Of a stretch of 64,000 nt of DNA, positions 61,933-64,000 are shown piece by piece (the first letter of the stretch is position 1; the number at the start of each line of letters is the position of its first letter). The stretch lies in NCBI GenBank assembly GCA_001662655.1, contig KV460250.1; one strand, 5' to 3'. A program made the position numbers and the translations under genes. The notes under the pieces were generated by a model, which had not been told where the DNA came from, searched no databases, and was given only the letters and a program-made list of their open reading frames with translations. The DNA is from Pseudogymnoascus verrucosus. Taxonomy: Eukaryota.

Positions 61933-63722
61933 ATGCGTCGCTCCATCGCCCGCAGCGTCCCCGCGCTCGCCTCCCGCGCCAGGCCCTCCCTCACCCCTCG
62001 CCTCGCCGGCCTCTCAACCACAACCCCAATCCAAGCTTCCAAGCCCACCATCCGCACTCTCCACATCACCTCGCGCTCCCAGCAAGCCTCCTCCGCCGGC
62101 GTGAAGCTCACCTCCACCACGACCTCCTACCCAACTTCGCACGAGAAGATCCAGAACCCCGTCGACACCCCCTTCTTCATCGACAACAAGTTCGTCGCCT
62201 CCACGACGAGCGAGTTCATCGACCTCCACGACCCCGCCACCAACAACCTCGTCACCCGCGTCCCGCAGAACACCGACGAGGAGCTCCGCGCCGCCGTGGC
62301 GAGCGCGCAGGCCGCGTTCCCGGGATGGCGCGCCACGAGCATCGTGTCGAGGCAGCAGATCATGTTTAAGTTCGTGCAGCTGATTCGCGAGAACTGGGAC
62401 CGTCTGGCTGCGTCCATCACGCTGGAGCAGGGGAAGGTGGTTTCTGATGCGAGGGGGGATGTGCACCGTGGTCTGCAGGTCGCGGAGAGCGCGTGTGGTA
62501 TCACGTCCCAGCTTACTGGTGAGGTGTTGGAGGTGGCCAAGGATATGGAGACGAGGAATTACCGCGAGCCATTGGGTGTTGTTGCGGCTATCTGCCCGTT
62601 CAACTTCCCCGCCATGATTCCACTTTGGTCCATCCCAATCGCCACGGTCACCGGTAACTGCCTGATCCTCAAGCCATCTGAGCGTGACCCCGGCGCGGCC
62701 ATGATTCTCGCCGAGCTCGCAAAGGAAGCCGGTCTTCCAGACGGTGTCCTGAACATTGTTCACGGCTCGCACAGGGCCGTTGACTTCATCCTCGACGCGC
62801 CGGAGATCAAGGCCATCAGCTTCGTCGGCAGCAACAAGGCTGGAGAGTACATCTACAGCCGCGGCTCCGAGAACGGCAAGCGTGTCCAGGCTAACCTCGG
62901 CGCGAAGAACCACGCTGCCGTCCTGCCAGACTGTAACAAGAACCATGCTCTTAACTCCATCGTTGGCGCTGCTTTCGGTGCTGCGGGACAGAGATGCATG
63001 GCCCTCAGCACCCTGGTCATGGTTGCTGAGAGCAAGGACTGGCTCCCTGAGCTTGCGGACCTCGCTAAGTCGCTTGTCCTTAACGGTGGGTTCGAGAAGG
63101 ACTCTGATCTGGGACCGGTTATCAGCAAGCACAGCAAGGAGCGTATTGAGGGTCTGATTGCTAGCGCCGAGGAGGAGGGTGCTACTATCCTCCTCGATGG
63201 CAGGGGTTACAAGCCCGCTGACCCCAAGTTCGCTAACGGTTCGTAACCCCCTTCACTCTCTCAATATACATACATATCTAACGAAAAACAGGCAACTGGG
63301 TCGGCCCAACCATCATCACCGGCGTCAAGCCCCACATGAAGTGCTACACAGAAGAGATCTTCGGCCCCGTCCTCATCGCCCTCGAAGTCCCCACCCTCAC
63401 CAGCGCCATCGACCTCATCAACGCCAACGAATACGGCAACGGCGTCGCCATCTTCACTAAGTCCGGCGCCACCGCACAGGCCTTCCAGAAGCACATCGAG
63501 TGCGGCCAGGTCGGCATCAACGTCCCTATCCCCGTGCCCATCGGCGTGTCGAACTTCTCGTTCACGGGCAACAAGAAGAGTATTGCGGGTGGTGGCGCGA
63601 ATACGTTTTATGGAAAGATTGGACTCAACTTTTATACGCAGCAGAAGACGGTGACGAGTTTGTGGAAGGAGGAGGATGCGTTGGCTACGAAGGCTGATGT
63701 GTCGATGCCGGTGCATCATTAG
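61933..63722 (+). CDS. Mitochondrial methylmalonate-semialdehyde dehydrogenase (ALDH6 family), 2 exons
   Basis: ICPFNFPAMIPLW, LKPSERDPGA, ISFVGS, ANLGAKNH, FGAAGQRCMALS, EEIFGPV, GQVGINVPIPVP; Arg/Ser-rich presequence; intron 63238-63291. Confidence 0.95.
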
Positions 63723-64000
63723 GGGCCGGGTGTTTAAGCTAAGCTAAGCTGGTTGGTGGTTTGAATGCAGAATGTTAAAGCAAGCAATATTAATATTGTG
63801 TATATGTACACGTGAGCAAGCGCGTACTATGAATGATCCCCTTCGTGACTGCCAGCATAACCCCCCCCCCAAAAAAAAACACACATTACATCATCTATCC
63901 AGATCAGAACCAACAATATAATGCACTGTATGTCTCCTCCCATTGATAGGGATGGTTGCGTGGCTGAAGGAGCATAACAGCGATCTGCACTCGTTTGGCC

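Overview
Eukaryotic DNA from a filamentous ascomycete: short GT-AG introns with CTAAC-type branch points and a dispersed 5S rRNA gene. Leotiomycete/Pseudogymnoascus-like is a guess; the draft assembly has three N gaps. Two blocks of conserved housekeeping genes (left: TDT transporter, NPL4, SEC66, FRS2, CPA2, BRR2, PWWP protein, 5S rRNA; right: RCL1, MRPL44, SEC20, PPE1, RFC2, DSC4-like, IPP1, DUS2, methylmalonate-semialdehyde dehydrogenase) flank a ~17.4 kb accessory island. The island is bracketed by two same-orientation copies of a repeat ending GCTCAGATTCCACGCTATGCCTA. It encodes two paralogous adenylate-forming enzymes, a sulfotransferase-like P-loop protein, an ABCC exporter and a flavin monooxygenase, with no PKS, NRPS or transcription factor, plus a Tc1/mariner-type MITE. 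Other notable signals: a 451-nt CPA2 intron that folds by eye into two long hairpins with mutually exclusive alternative pairings, an orphan PD-(D/E)XK-like nuclease gene, alternative starts for IPP1 and a possible alternative NPL4 C-terminus. Product calls rest on motif recognition, not database searches.
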